Shown here piece by piece: positions 18,772 through 27,384 of a DNA stretch of 58,968 nucleotides (position 1 is the first letter of the stretch; each line of letters begins with the position of its first letter). Under the pieces are notes generated by a model, which was not told the DNA's origin, searched no databases, and was given only the letters and a program-made list of their open reading frames with translations. This DNA comes from Candidatus Omnitrophota bacterium. Lineage in GTDB: Bacteria; Omnitrophota; Gorgyraeia; Duberdicusellales; Duberdicusellaceae. The translations under genes were made by a program, and so were the position numbers. Where the stretch lies: contig QNCG01000001.1 of the NCBI GenBank assembly GCA_003644445.1, forward strand, positions 1-58,968, given 5' to 3'.

Positions 18772-19938
18772 TTAATTTTTAAGATATTGCTCTTTAAATT
18801 TTCTTATTCTCAAAATCGCTTCTTTTAAATCTTGAAAAGGAGAAGCAAAGGATATCCTTATAAAATCTTTATAGGGCAGACCGAAGGCTTCTCCGGGAAC
18901 AACTGCTACTTTGACCTTTTTAAGAAGTAAAGAGGCAAATTCCAAAGAAGAAAGCCCTGTATTTTTTACAGAAGAAAAACAATAGAAAGTACCTTGAGGC
19001 AGCAAAGTCTTAAAGCCTAAGCTGTTGAGTTCACTCACAATAAAATCTCTCCTCCTTCTGTACTCTTTAACCATATACTCTACATCTTTCTGAGAATTTA
19101 AAGCTTCTACTGCTGAAAGTTGAGAAGTAATCGGAGCACAAAGCATAACAAAGGAATGGATTTTACTCATCTGTTCTATTAGTTCTTTCCTCCCACAGGC
19201 AAAGCCAACCCTAAACCCGGTCATTGCATAATTTTTAGAAAAGCCTCCTAAGTATATAGTTCTACCCTTTGCTCCCTTAAAAGCAGAAAAAGGAGTGTGT
19301 TTAAAATCATAAGTTATTAAGTCGTAAATCTCATCACTAATTACTAATAAGTCTTCTTTAGAGAGAACTCTCCATAGCTTTTTAAGTTCTTCCTTAGAAT
19401 AAGAAACTCCGGTAGGATTTGCAGGATAGTTAAGTATTATAGCTTTGGGTCTATATTTTTTAATTAGTTCTTTTAACTTTTCAGGATTAATTTTAAAACC
19501 TTCTTCAAAAGAAGTGTAAAGAGGGACTACTCTCCCCGCAGATAACTCTACTACCGCTGGATAAGCTACATAACAAGGATAAACCAAAATAACCCTCTCT
19601 TGGGGATTAAGGACTGCTCTTATAGCTAAATCTAATCCCTCACTCACCCCAGTAGTAACAAGTATTTCTTGTTCAGGGTCATAAATGAGCCGGTAATGTT
19701 TCTTTAAAAAGTGGGCTATCTCTAACCTCAACCTCAATAAACCCTTATTAGAAGTATAGGAAGTATATCCCTGTTCTAAAGAGTAAATGGCTTTCTCCCT
19801 AATTCTCCAGGGAGCGGGGAAATCAGGCTCTCCCACTCCCAGAGAAACCACATCTTTAGTCTTCAAAACCAAATCAAAAAACTGGCGGATACCCGAAGGA
19901 GCTAAATTCTTTACTTTGTGGGAGATAAATCTATCCAT
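18772..19938 (-). CDS. Class I/II pyridoxal-phosphate aminotransferase (aspartate/alanine aminotransferase-like)
   Basis: 388 aa. The PLP-lysine motif is SKNYAMTGFRVG, and an NPTG motif is present. Confidence 0.9.
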   Translation of the reverse strand: MDRFISHKVKNLAPSGIRQFFDLVLKTKDVVSLGVGEPDFPAPWRIREKAIYSLEQGYTSYTSNKGLLRLRLEIAHFLKKHYRLIYDPEQEILVTTGVSEGLDLAIRAVLNPQERVILVYPCYVAYPAVVELSAGRVVPLYTSFEEGFKINPEKLKELIKKYRPKAIILNYPANPTGVSYSKEELKKLWRVLSKEDLLVISDEIYDLITYDFKHTPFSAFKGAKGRTIYLGGFSKNYAMTGFRVGFACGRKELIEQMSKIHSFVMLCAPITSQLSAVEALNSQKDVEYMVKEYRRRRDFIVSELNSLGFKTLLPQGTFYCFSSVKNTGLSSLEFASLLLKKVKVAVVPGEAFGLPYKDFIRISFASPFQDLKEAILRIRKFKEQYLKN

Positions 19939-19942
19939 CTTA

Positions 19943-20425
19943 TTAATAAGTAATAGTCAGCCTTTTAATCTCCTTCTTCTTTCTGAGAATTACTCCGTCC
20001 TCCTTGTATTTCTTAAGCATAAAGTGAGTAACTGTGCCTTTTACTGATTCTAAGGGAGCTAACTTTTCAGCCACAAAGTCAGCCACCGTGTGGATACTTT
20101 TTCCTTCCACTATCAATAATAAGTCATAGGTTCCTGATAAAAGGTAACAACTCTTTACTTCCGGGAATTTATAGATTCTCTCAGCAATGGCATCAAAACC
20201 CACATCTTTCTGAGGACTGACTTTTACCTCTATTAAAGCTAAAACGCTCCTTTCTCCGGGAAGGAGTTCTTTATTTATTACCGCCTTATATTTGACGATA
20301 ACTCCCTTCTTTTCTAATTTGTTTACCATTTTTCTAAGCTCAGGCTCTTTCTTGCCGGTTAACTTAGCTAAATCTTCAAAAGAAATTCGGGCATTTTCTT
20401 CCAAAATCTTTAAAATATCTTCCAT
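19943..20425 (-). CDS. Lrp/AsnC-family transcriptional regulator
   Basis: 160 aa. An N-terminal HTH (ARISFEDLAKLTG) is followed by a C-terminal RAM/AsnC ligand domain. Confidence 0.85.
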   Translation of the reverse strand: MEDILKILEENARISFEDLAKLTGKKEPELRKMVNKLEKKGVIVKYKAVINKELLPGERSVLALIEVKVSPQKDVGFDAIAERIYKFPEVKSCYLLSGTYDLLLIVEGKSIHTVADFVAEKLAPLESVKGTVTHFMLKKYKEDGVILRKKKEIKRLTITY

Positions 20426-20483
20426 AAAACAACCCCCTTTTCTATTAACCTATCATAGTTAAATCTGGTAAGCAAGAAAAAAC

Positions 20484-21290
20484 TCATCTTAAAAGTCTGT
20501 TCATACTCCCCGGCTTATAACCTCGCAGGTCTAAGCTCACAAAGATATAGCCAAGCTTTTGCAAGAAATTAGTAAGCTTCCTTCTATTCTTTAAAACCTT
20601 AGAAAAATCACTTTCCCCTACTTCAATCCGGCAAATTTCTTTATGGTCTCTCACTCTTACCTGAAATAAACCTAAATTCTTTAAAAACCTCTCTGCTTTT
20701 TCTATCCGCAACAACCTCTCTTTAGTTATCTCCTCTCCATAAGGTATCCGTGAAGCTAAACAGGCAAAAGGAGGTTTATTATAAGTAGGTAAACCCAGTT
20801 TCTTAGAAGCTTCTCGAATATTTTTCTTGGTGAACCCTGCTTCTATTAAAGGGCTTCTTACTCCTGCCTCCTTGACTGCTCTTAAACCGGGCCTAAAGTC
20901 TTTTAAATCATCTAAGTTGGAGGCTTCTACTATATAAGGGATTTTTTTTCTTTTTGCAATTTTTAATAAATCTAAAAATAATTCCTTTTTGCACCAATAA
21001 CATCTATCCTTAGAATTTCTAATAAATTTTTTATTATTTAGCTCTCTACTTTTAATAATAATATGTCTTGCTCCTATTTTTTTAGCTGTTTTCTTTGCTT
21101 CTTCTATCTCCTCTTGGGGATAAGTTAAAGACTCAGCTGTAACTGCTAACACATTTCTACCTAAATTATCTTTAGCTACCTTCAATAAAAGAGTGCTATC
21201 TGCTCCTCCTGAATAGGCTATTAAAACTTTGCCCATATTTTTCAGAATCTCGCTTAAAGTAGCTAATTTTTTAAGAAGGCTCTTTCTCAT
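20484..21290 (-). CDS. larE: LarE-type ATP-dependent sulfur transferase (PP-loop ATPase)
   Basis: 268 aa. It has a PP-loop (SGGADS), a CYWCK pair, an FACLAS cysteine and a C-terminal LRGY..GSMN motif typical of LarE. Confidence 0.8.
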   Translation of the reverse strand: MRKSLLKKLATLSEILKNMGKVLIAYSGGADSTLLLKVAKDNLGRNVLAVTAESLTYPQEEIEEAKKTAKKIGARHIIIKSRELNNKKFIRNSKDRCYWCKKELFLDLLKIAKRKKIPYIVEASNLDDLKDFRPGLRAVKEAGVRSPLIEAGFTKKNIREASKKLGLPTYNKPPFACLASRIPYGEEITKERLLRIEKAERFLKNLGLFQVRVRDHKEICRIEVGESDFSKVLKNRRKLTNFLQKLGYIFVSLDLRGYKPGSMNRLLR

Positions 21291-21308
21291 AGTTTTAATC
21301 CCGTTAGG

Positions 21309-21317
21309 ATTATACCA
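21309..21317 (-). promoter_or_regulatory. Extended -10 promoter element (TGGTATAAT) upstream of larE
   Basis: The reverse complement of 21309-21317 reads TGGTATAAT, which matches TGnTATAAT. It lies 19 nt upstream of the larE ATG. No good -35 is present. Confidence 0.3.
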
Positions 21318-21427
21318 AATCTTCCTGAAAAATAAAGATTTTAAGGTGAGTCTTTAGGGGAGAATAAAACTTAGCAAAAAATTTAAAAAATTACCTCTTT
21401 CCTTACTCAGAAAGAATTAAATAAAAC

Positions 21428-21502
21428 TAGCCCCAACGGGATTTGAACCCGTGCCTCGTGGCTGAGAACCACGCATCCTAAACCGGACTAGACGATGGGG
21501 CC
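21428..21502 (-). tRNA. tRNA-Glu (anticodon CUC)
   Basis: Minus strand reads GGCCCCATCGTCTAGTCCGGTTTAGGATGCGTGGTTCTCAGCCACGAGGCACGGGTTCAAATCCCGTTGGGGCTA. Anticodon stem is CGTGG/CCACG with loop TTCTCAG. T arm is ACGGG-TTCAAAT-CCCGT. Confidence 0.9.
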
Positions 21503-21517
21503 AAAGAGTTTCTCTTC

Positions 21518-21602
21518 TGGTGCCGGGAGAGGGATTTGAACCCTCACGCCTTTCGGCATACGACCCTCAAACGTATGTGTCTGCCAATTCCACCATCCCG
21601 GC
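21518..21602 (-). tRNA. tRNA-Leu (anticodon GAG), class II, with encoded CCA
   Basis: Minus strand reads GCCGGGATGGTGGAATTGGCAGACAC...TTGAGGG...GCCGAAAGGC (long variable arm)...GAGGGTTCAAATCCCTCTCCCGGCACCA. The coordinates include the encoded CCA. Confidence 0.9.
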
Positions 21603-21836
21603 TAAACAGAAATTATAACACAGAAATCTATAAATTCAACCTAAGAACTTTTCTGTGTTGTTACAATAACAAAATGTTAAAAATAATTACTAAAACAAAA
21701 TGTTTTCAGTATAGGCGAATCCACCTTCAGGGAGAAATTGGATATAGCCCCAGAAAAAGGAAATTTTAGTATGAATTTTAACATTTTTACGTTGTAAAAA
21801 TTTAACATCTTGATGTAGTAACAACACTAAAAAGTT

Positions 21837-22520
21837 TTATACCTTTTGCTTATCTTTCGCTCCTTCTATTACTAAGGTGCATTCTCCTTTAATCTTCCTT
21901 TTAGAAAGTGAGTTTATCAATTGAGAAATATCTCCTCTTAAAACCTCCTCATAAATCTTAGTCATCTCTCTGCAAATACATACCCTTCTTTCTCCTAAAA
22001 TAGCTCTCAATTCTTTTAAAGCCTCCTCTATCCTCTGAGGTGACTCAAAAATTACTAAAGTATAAGGAAATTTTTTTAATTCTCTAATTTTTCTAATTCT
22101 TTTCCCTTTCTTGCGGGGCAAAAATCCCAAGAACAAAAAACTATCAGAAGCTAAACCCGAAAGAATCACCGCATTAATAACTGCTGATGGCCCCGGTAAA
22201 GAAGTAAAGGGCACGCCTTCCTCTATACACTTTCTAACCAACTTAAGTCCGGGGTCAGAAATTAAAGGGGAGCCTGCCTGGGAGAGTAAAACTACTTCTT
22301 TTCCTTGCTTAAGGAGTCTTATTATTTGAGGGATTCTCTTTATCTCATTATGCTCATAAAAACTTAGAAAAGGTTTCTTGGGTAGGTTTAACCCCTTTAA
22401 AAATAAACCTCCCCTGCGAGTATCTTCAGTTAAAATTAAATCGGCCTTAGTTAATACTTCTAAAGCCCTTAAACTTATGTCTTTTAAGTTTCCTATGGGG
22501 GTAGCTATAATATACAGCAT
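21837..22520 (-). CDS. rsmI: 16S rRNA (cytidine1402-2'-O)-methyltransferase RsmI
   Basis: 227 aa. It starts MLYIIATPIGNLKDISLRALEVL and contains EDTR, as in the tetrapyrrole-methylase-fold RsmI. Confidence 0.9.
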   Translation of the reverse strand: MLYIIATPIGNLKDISLRALEVLTKADLILTEDTRRGGLFLKGLNLPKKPFLSFYEHNEIKRIPQIIRLLKQGKEVVLLSQAGSPLISDPGLKLVRKCIEEGVPFTSLPGPSAVINAVILSGLASDSFLFLGFLPRKKGKRIRKIRELKKFPYTLVIFESPQRIEEALKELRAILGERRVCICREMTKIYEEVLRGDISQLINSLSKRKIKGECTLVIEGAKDKQKV

Positions 22521-22521
22521 T

Positions 22522-23784
22522 CTAGATAATCTTGCCTAAAGATTCTTTACGCAAGAGTTCAATTATAACTTTGGCTAACTTGGTGGGGTCATGGCGGATA
22601 AAATCGGTGGCATGAAGAAAATCTCCTTCTATTACTTGATAACCCATTTTCTCTATAACTGGGGTATCTACTCTTACCGGATAAGCTCCTTCCTGAGCAT
22701 ACTTTTTAAGAAGATCGGGTGGGGGGTGTTTGGTGTTTAGAATACAGTAATTAAGAATCCGAGGGTGAGTATGCTCTAATAAAGCTTTTATATGCTCAGA
22801 AGCTGTAAAACCATCTGTTTCGCCAGGCTGACTCATTACATTACAGACATAAATTTTTAAACCTGGGCTCTCTACCACTGCCTGGGCAATCTCCTTTATT
22901 ACTAAATTGGGCAAAATACTGGTATAGAGACTTCCTGGTCCTATCACGATTACTTGCGCAGACTTTATTGCCTCAATTGCCTCTAAAGTAGGGGTAATTC
23001 CTCGCTGAGCATCCAAGGATTTTAAGTAGACCTTCTTAATTCTCCTCTTCTTTTTGGGAATTTCTGCTTCTCCTTCAGTAAGAGAACCGTCCTCATACTC
23101 AGCAATTAAACTTACCTTATTCAGAGTAGAAGGTAAAACTCTTCCCCGGATAGCTAAAACTCTGCTGGATTCTTCTATTGCTCTCTTAAAATCTCCGGTA
23201 AGCTGAGTCATTGCGGTAATAAAAAGATTACCAAAATTATGGCCTTTGAGTTCGGAATCTTCCTTAAACCGGTATTGAAACAATTCACCCATCAAAGAAG
23301 GAGAATCAGCTAAAGAGACTAAACAATTACGGATATCCCCGGGAGGCAAAATATCAAATTCCTGACGAAGCCTTCCTGAAGAACCTCCAGAATCAGCAAC
23401 AGTGACAATAGCAATAATGTTGGCTGTATACTCTTTTAATCCACTTAAAAGAGTAGATAAACCGTGACCTCCACCAATAGCTACAATTTTAGGTCCTCTT
23501 TTTAAAAATCTTTTTTTGTAAACTATGTCTAAAAGTTCTTCGGAAGAAAAATAAGGGAAAAGGCTGAGGAAGGAAGAAATCATACTTCTTACTCCAGCAA
23601 TAATTAATCCTCCTCCCAAGAAAACTCCTGCTAAATCTAAACTCTTTAAGAAGAGATTATTGTCGTTGAAAAACCTCACTGCTCCCAGAACCAGTATTCC
23701 TATTCCTAAAACCGTTAAGAAAATCCAGCGTTTTATTCTTATCCCGGGATAGAGCCATCTAAATTTTTTTAAAAAGTTAACCAT
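22522..23784 (-). CDS. YvcK/CofD-family gluconeogenesis factor with N-terminal membrane anchor
   Basis: 420 aa. IVAIGGGHGLS, DSGGSSGRLR and GPGSLYTSILPNL motifs match the YvcK family. The first ~75 aa contain two hydrophobic helices. Confidence 0.8.
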   Translation of the reverse strand: MVNFLKKFRWLYPGIRIKRWIFLTVLGIGILVLGAVRFFNDNNLFLKSLDLAGVFLGGGLIIAGVRSMISSFLSLFPYFSSEELLDIVYKKRFLKRGPKIVAIGGGHGLSTLLSGLKEYTANIIAIVTVADSGGSSGRLRQEFDILPPGDIRNCLVSLADSPSLMGELFQYRFKEDSELKGHNFGNLFITAMTQLTGDFKRAIEESSRVLAIRGRVLPSTLNKVSLIAEYEDGSLTEGEAEIPKKKRRIKKVYLKSLDAQRGITPTLEAIEAIKSAQVIVIGPGSLYTSILPNLVIKEIAQAVVESPGLKIYVCNVMSQPGETDGFTASEHIKALLEHTHPRILNYCILNTKHPPPDLLKKYAQEGAYPVRVDTPVIEKMGYQVIEGDFLHATDFIRHDPTKLAKVIIELLRKESLGKII

Positions 23785-23799
23785 AACTTATACTAAAAA

Positions 23800-23873
23800 C
23801 GACCCCGACGGGATTTGAACCCGTGCTACAGGCTCGAAAGGCCTGAGTCCTAGCCTGGCTAGACGACGGGGTC
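23800..23873 (-). tRNA. tRNA-Glu (anticodon UUC)
   Basis: Minus strand reads GACCCCGTCGTCTAGCCAGGCTAGGACTCAGGCCTTTCGAGCCTGTAGCACGGGTTCAAATCCCGTCGGGGTCG. Anticodon stem is CAGGC/GCCTG with loop CTTTCGA. Confidence 0.9.
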
Positions 23874-23896
23874 ATGCTTATTATTAAGGTAAGTAA

Positions 23897-23924
23897 TTAT
23901 ACAGGATATACCTTTTTTGTCAAT
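23897..23924 (-). promoter_or_regulatory. Consensus sigma-70-type promoter for tRNA-Glu(UUC)
   Basis: Minus strand has TTGACA (23924-23919), a 16 nt spacer and TATAAT (23902-23897). The tRNA 5' end is ~24 nt downstream of the -10 element. Confidence 0.6.
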
Positions 23925-23926
23925 TT

Positions 23927-25894
23927 TTACCTGAGGATTAAACCCTCTTTTTGGGCTAAGGCTTCTCGGAGTTGAAAATGAATCTTATCTACTTCTTCTG
24001 AAGATAAAGTCCTTTGCTTATGTTGATAGAATATTCTTAAAGTAAAACCTGTAAACCCAGAAGGGATTTTTTCTCCTTTGTAGATATCTACAACCCTGAA
24101 TTCTTTAAGAAATTTTCCGGCCTGAGTTTTAATTATATCTTCTATCTCTCTAAAACTTAGCTCTTTTCTTTTAGCTAAACTTATATCTCTTTCTACCCAG
24201 GGGAAGCGAACAATTTCTTCAAAATAAGGCTGTTTTCTCTTCTGGTATAACTCTTCTAAATCAAACTCAGCTATAAATACATTTTCTAAATCTAACCTCC
24301 TACTAACTTCTTTATTTAATACTCCTACCCAACCCCAATCCTCTATTAAAGCATAATTGGAGAATGCAGGCAAACTACTTTCCTTTAAAGAGAACTCTTT
24401 AATGCCGCAGTCAGCGAGAAAAACCTCCAGTTTAGCTTTAAAATAGTAAAAATTATCCATATTTTGAGTATGCCTGCCTATCACCAGCTTTGTCTTCTCT
24501 TTAAAGCCAGGTTCTATCTTAAAAAAACTTTCGGCTATCTCGAAAAACTCTAATTCTCTCTCTTTCCTGTAAACATTATACTGAAAAACTTTAAGAAGAC
24601 CGGGGAATATTTCCGGCCGGAGAATATTCTCTTCTTTTCGTAAAGGGTTCTCCAGGAATAGGGGTTTATAGGAGCTTATGTTTTCTTTTTCGGAGATAAT
24701 ACTAAAAGTTATAGCTTCGGAAAAACCCAAACTTACCAGTTTATCTTTAATTTTTTCCTTAAACTTATAGAAAGAAGCTTCTTCCTTTAAACTTCTCTTT
24801 ATAGGAGGAAGGGCCTCTTTTATATTTTGATAGCCCCAAATCCGGGCTACTTCTTCGGCTAAATCCTCAAAAAACTTTATATCTTGCCGGTAAGAAGGGG
24901 GCTTAACTAAAATAATAGGGGGTTTCTCCTTCAAGTTGAAATTTAATCTCTTGAGAATCTGAAGAGCCTGCTTTTCTTTTATGCTGGTTCCTAAAAAATT
25001 ATTTAATCTCTGAATATCAAATTTTATCCAAAAGGATTTAGCTGAAGGTTTCTTCCCTGCCCTTTTATAACCGGAAAACTCCCCTCCAGCCAATTTAAGA
25101 ATTAATTCACAAGCTGAAGCTGAAGCTTTTTCTAAATTAAGAGGGTTTACGCCCCGCTCAAAGCGATAGGAAGACTCGGACTCTATCCCTAAACTTCTTC
25201 TTCCTCTGCGGATAGTTAAAGGAGAAAATATAGCTGCTTCTATCAGTATATTTTTTGTAGTTAAACTCACTTCCGAATCTTGACCGCCGATAACGCCTGC
25301 TAAAGCTAAGGGCTTATTCTCGTCAGCTATTACTAAGACCTCTGGGCGGAGTTCTCTCTCTTTATTATCTATACATAAAAGTCTTTCTCCTTTCCGGGCT
25401 CTTCTTACCGAAATAATATTTCCTATTTTATCAAAATCAAAGGCGTGTAAAGGCTCACCCCACTTAAGCATACAGTAATTGGTAATATCTACCACATTAT
25501 TTACTGAGTTTATCCCCAAATTAGTAAGTCTATATTTAAGCCAGTCAGGAGAAGGACCTACTCTTACTCCTTTTATTAAGCGAGCTGTATACAAAGGACA
25601 ATCTCCCTCATCCTCTATCTTTAAAGGAAGGTTAAGTAAGGGCCGGGTTCTTAAATTAATTTTGGGAAGTTTAATCTTTTTCTTAAAAAGAGCTGAAACT
25701 TCGTAAGCTATCCCAACTATTGAAAGAAGGTCATATCTATTAGAAGTTACTTCAACTTCAAAGATAAAATCTCCTTCCTTTCTCTCTATCTGAGAGACTT
25801 CTAAACCAGCCAGGGTTAACTTCTCAGCTAACTGCCGAGGGGTTATGCCTTTTAAATTTAGAAACTCTTCTAAAAACTTAAAACTAAACTTCAT
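23927..25894 (-). CDS. pheT: Phenylalanine--tRNA ligase beta subunit (short form lacking the N-terminal tRNA-binding OB domain)
   Basis: 655 aa. The N-terminal MKFSFKFLEEFL...LAGLEV runs directly into the FEVEVTSNRYDLLS motif. B3/4, B5 and FDX-ACB-like regions follow. Confidence 0.9.
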   Translation of the reverse strand: MKFSFKFLEEFLNLKGITPRQLAEKLTLAGLEVSQIERKEGDFIFEVEVTSNRYDLLSIVGIAYEVSALFKKKIKLPKINLRTRPLLNLPLKIEDEGDCPLYTARLIKGVRVGPSPDWLKYRLTNLGINSVNNVVDITNYCMLKWGEPLHAFDFDKIGNIISVRRARKGERLLCIDNKERELRPEVLVIADENKPLALAGVIGGQDSEVSLTTKNILIEAAIFSPLTIRRGRRSLGIESESSYRFERGVNPLNLEKASASACELILKLAGGEFSGYKRAGKKPSAKSFWIKFDIQRLNNFLGTSIKEKQALQILKRLNFNLKEKPPIILVKPPSYRQDIKFFEDLAEEVARIWGYQNIKEALPPIKRSLKEEASFYKFKEKIKDKLVSLGFSEAITFSIISEKENISSYKPLFLENPLRKEENILRPEIFPGLLKVFQYNVYRKERELEFFEIAESFFKIEPGFKEKTKLVIGRHTQNMDNFYYFKAKLEVFLADCGIKEFSLKESSLPAFSNYALIEDWGWVGVLNKEVSRRLDLENVFIAEFDLEELYQKRKQPYFEEIVRFPWVERDISLAKRKELSFREIEDIIKTQAGKFLKEFRVVDIYKGEKIPSGFTGFTLRIFYQHKQRTLSSEEVDKIHFQLREALAQKEGLILR

Positions 25895-26906
25895 AGAATT
25901 GCCCTAAAAACCTTAGGTCATTTTCAAAAAATAATCTTATATCATTTATTCTGTATTTAAGCATAGCTATCCTTTCTACACCCATCCCAAAAGCAAAACC
26001 CTGGTATCTTTTAGGCGAAATACCACAAGAAGACAAAACCCTAGGGTGAATCATCCCGCAACCTAAAATCTCCAGCCACCCACTCTTTTTACAAACTGAA
26101 CATCCTTTTCCTTTACAAATAAAACAACTTATATCTACTTCTGCTGAAGGTTCAGTAAAAGGAAAAAAGTGGGGCCTAAATCTTAGTTTAACTTCTGAAG
26201 AAAATAAATTCTGGGCAAAATAAACCAATGCCCCTTTTAAATGAGAAAAATTTATATCTTTATCCACGGCAAACCCTTCTATCTGATGAAACATAAAGGA
26301 GTGGGATGCGTCCATATTATCCGGCCGGTAAACTCTTCCTGGAACCACAAAGGCTAAAGGAGGTTTTCTTTTCTTCATCAATCTTATTTGGGAAGGCGAA
26401 GTGTGGCTCCTTAAAAGATACTTGTATTTTTTTGAAGGAATTTTTAAGTAAAAGGTATCAAAGGCATCCCGGGAAGGATGCTCTAAGGGGATGTTTAAAG
26501 CGGTAAAATTATGCCACTCGTCCTCTATTTCTCTTCCTTCCTGAATTTCAAAACCTATTCTTTCAAAAATACTACAGATTTCTCTTATAACCAAAGTTAA
26601 AGGGTTTAGCTTTGCCTTCCTCAGAGAATAGGAAGGGAAAGTCAGGTCAATCTTATTCTGTTGTAAACTTAACTCCTCTTTTCTCTCCTGCCAGAGAGCA
26701 GTAATAAAAGACTTGGCTTCATTAAGAAGCCGGCCAGCCTGAGGTCTTAAAGAAGGCTCTAAAGAGGGGATTTTTTTACTGAATTGAGCTAAAAAAGAAT
26801 TTCTCCCCAAAAATTTAACCTTTAAAGCCTCTAATTCCTCTAAAGTCTGGGCTTTTCTAAAATCTATTTCAGCAGTCTGTTTAAGTTTTTGAAGTTCCTC
26901 TTGCAT
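25884..26906 (-). CDS. pheS: Phenylalanine--tRNA ligase alpha subunit
   Basis: 340 aa. Class II aaRS motifs are present (HPSRD, FRPHFFPFTEPSAEVD, GFAFGMGVERIAMLKY). Confidence 0.95.
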   Translation of the reverse strand: MQEELQKLKQTAEIDFRKAQTLEELEALKVKFLGRNSFLAQFSKKIPSLEPSLRPQAGRLLNEAKSFITALWQERKEELSLQQNKIDLTFPSYSLRKAKLNPLTLVIREICSIFERIGFEIQEGREIEDEWHNFTALNIPLEHPSRDAFDTFYLKIPSKKYKYLLRSHTSPSQIRLMKKRKPPLAFVVPGRVYRPDNMDASHSFMFHQIEGFAVDKDINFSHLKGALVYFAQNLFSSEVKLRFRPHFFPFTEPSAEVDISCFICKGKGCSVCKKSGWLEILGCGMIHPRVLSSCGISPKRYQGFAFGMGVERIAMLKYRINDIRLFFENDLRFLGQFYEV

Positions 26907-27384
26907 ATCTTAAATTTCTTATAAGATAAACTGTGCCGGTAATTAAAAAAAGAAGAGCCCAAAGAAAAAGAGCCCTCCTTTTTTTAAGACTCGGCTCTAA
27001 ACTGAACTTTCCCCCTCTTTTTACCAGAGATATTTTTTCCGCTGAAATCATAGTTTGACCTAAATGCCGGGGGTTATTAAAATAAAACCTGCCCCTTATT
27101 CTTATTAAATCTCCCCTCTCTTCAGGCCCAGCCAGATAAATAATCTGAGGTAATTCTACTTCTTTAGGAACCCAAACCCCTAAACTCACTCCCTGGTCTA
27201 AAATATTTATCCAACTCCCCTTTTTTCTCCTCAATACATCTAAGACTTCGGCCTTAACCTCTACTTCTTTGCTATCCCAGAAAGAAGATTTAGCCAACAA
27301 CTCCTTTATCTTAATAAACTCTCCAGCCTGAAGGCAAGGCATATTGGTTAAAATTAATAAGAATAAGAGAAAAATCTTCCTCAT
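26881..27384 (-). CDS. Hypothetical exported/membrane-anchored protein
   Basis: 167 aa with an N-terminal signal-like helix and a C-terminal TM helix (ALFLWALLFLITGTVYLI). No recognisable catalytic motif. It overlaps the pheS start by 26 nt. Confidence 0.4.
   Translation of the reverse strand: MRKIFLLFLLILTNMPCLQAGEFIKIKELLAKSSFWDSKEVEVKAEVLDVLRRKKGSWINILDQGVSLGVWVPKEVELPQIIYLAGPEERGDLIRIRGRFYFNNPRHLGQTMISAEKISLVKRGGKFSLEPSLKKRRALFLWALLFLITGTVYLIRNLRYARGTSKT

Noticed and set aside
21536-21769. A 77 aa plus-strand ORF.
   Set aside because: Its 5' part is the reverse complement of tRNA-Leu(GAG). The remainder is AT-rich spacer, and no protein motif is present.
21603-21836. Inverted repeats (AACACAGAAA/TTTCTGTGTT and ATTTTTAC/GTAAAAAT) upstream of the tRNA-Leu/Glu pair, considered as a possible regulatory RNA.
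   Set aside because: They are AT-rich, short and unaccompanied by a recognisable promoter at correct spacing or by any known motif. They cannot be distinguished from chance structure by eye.
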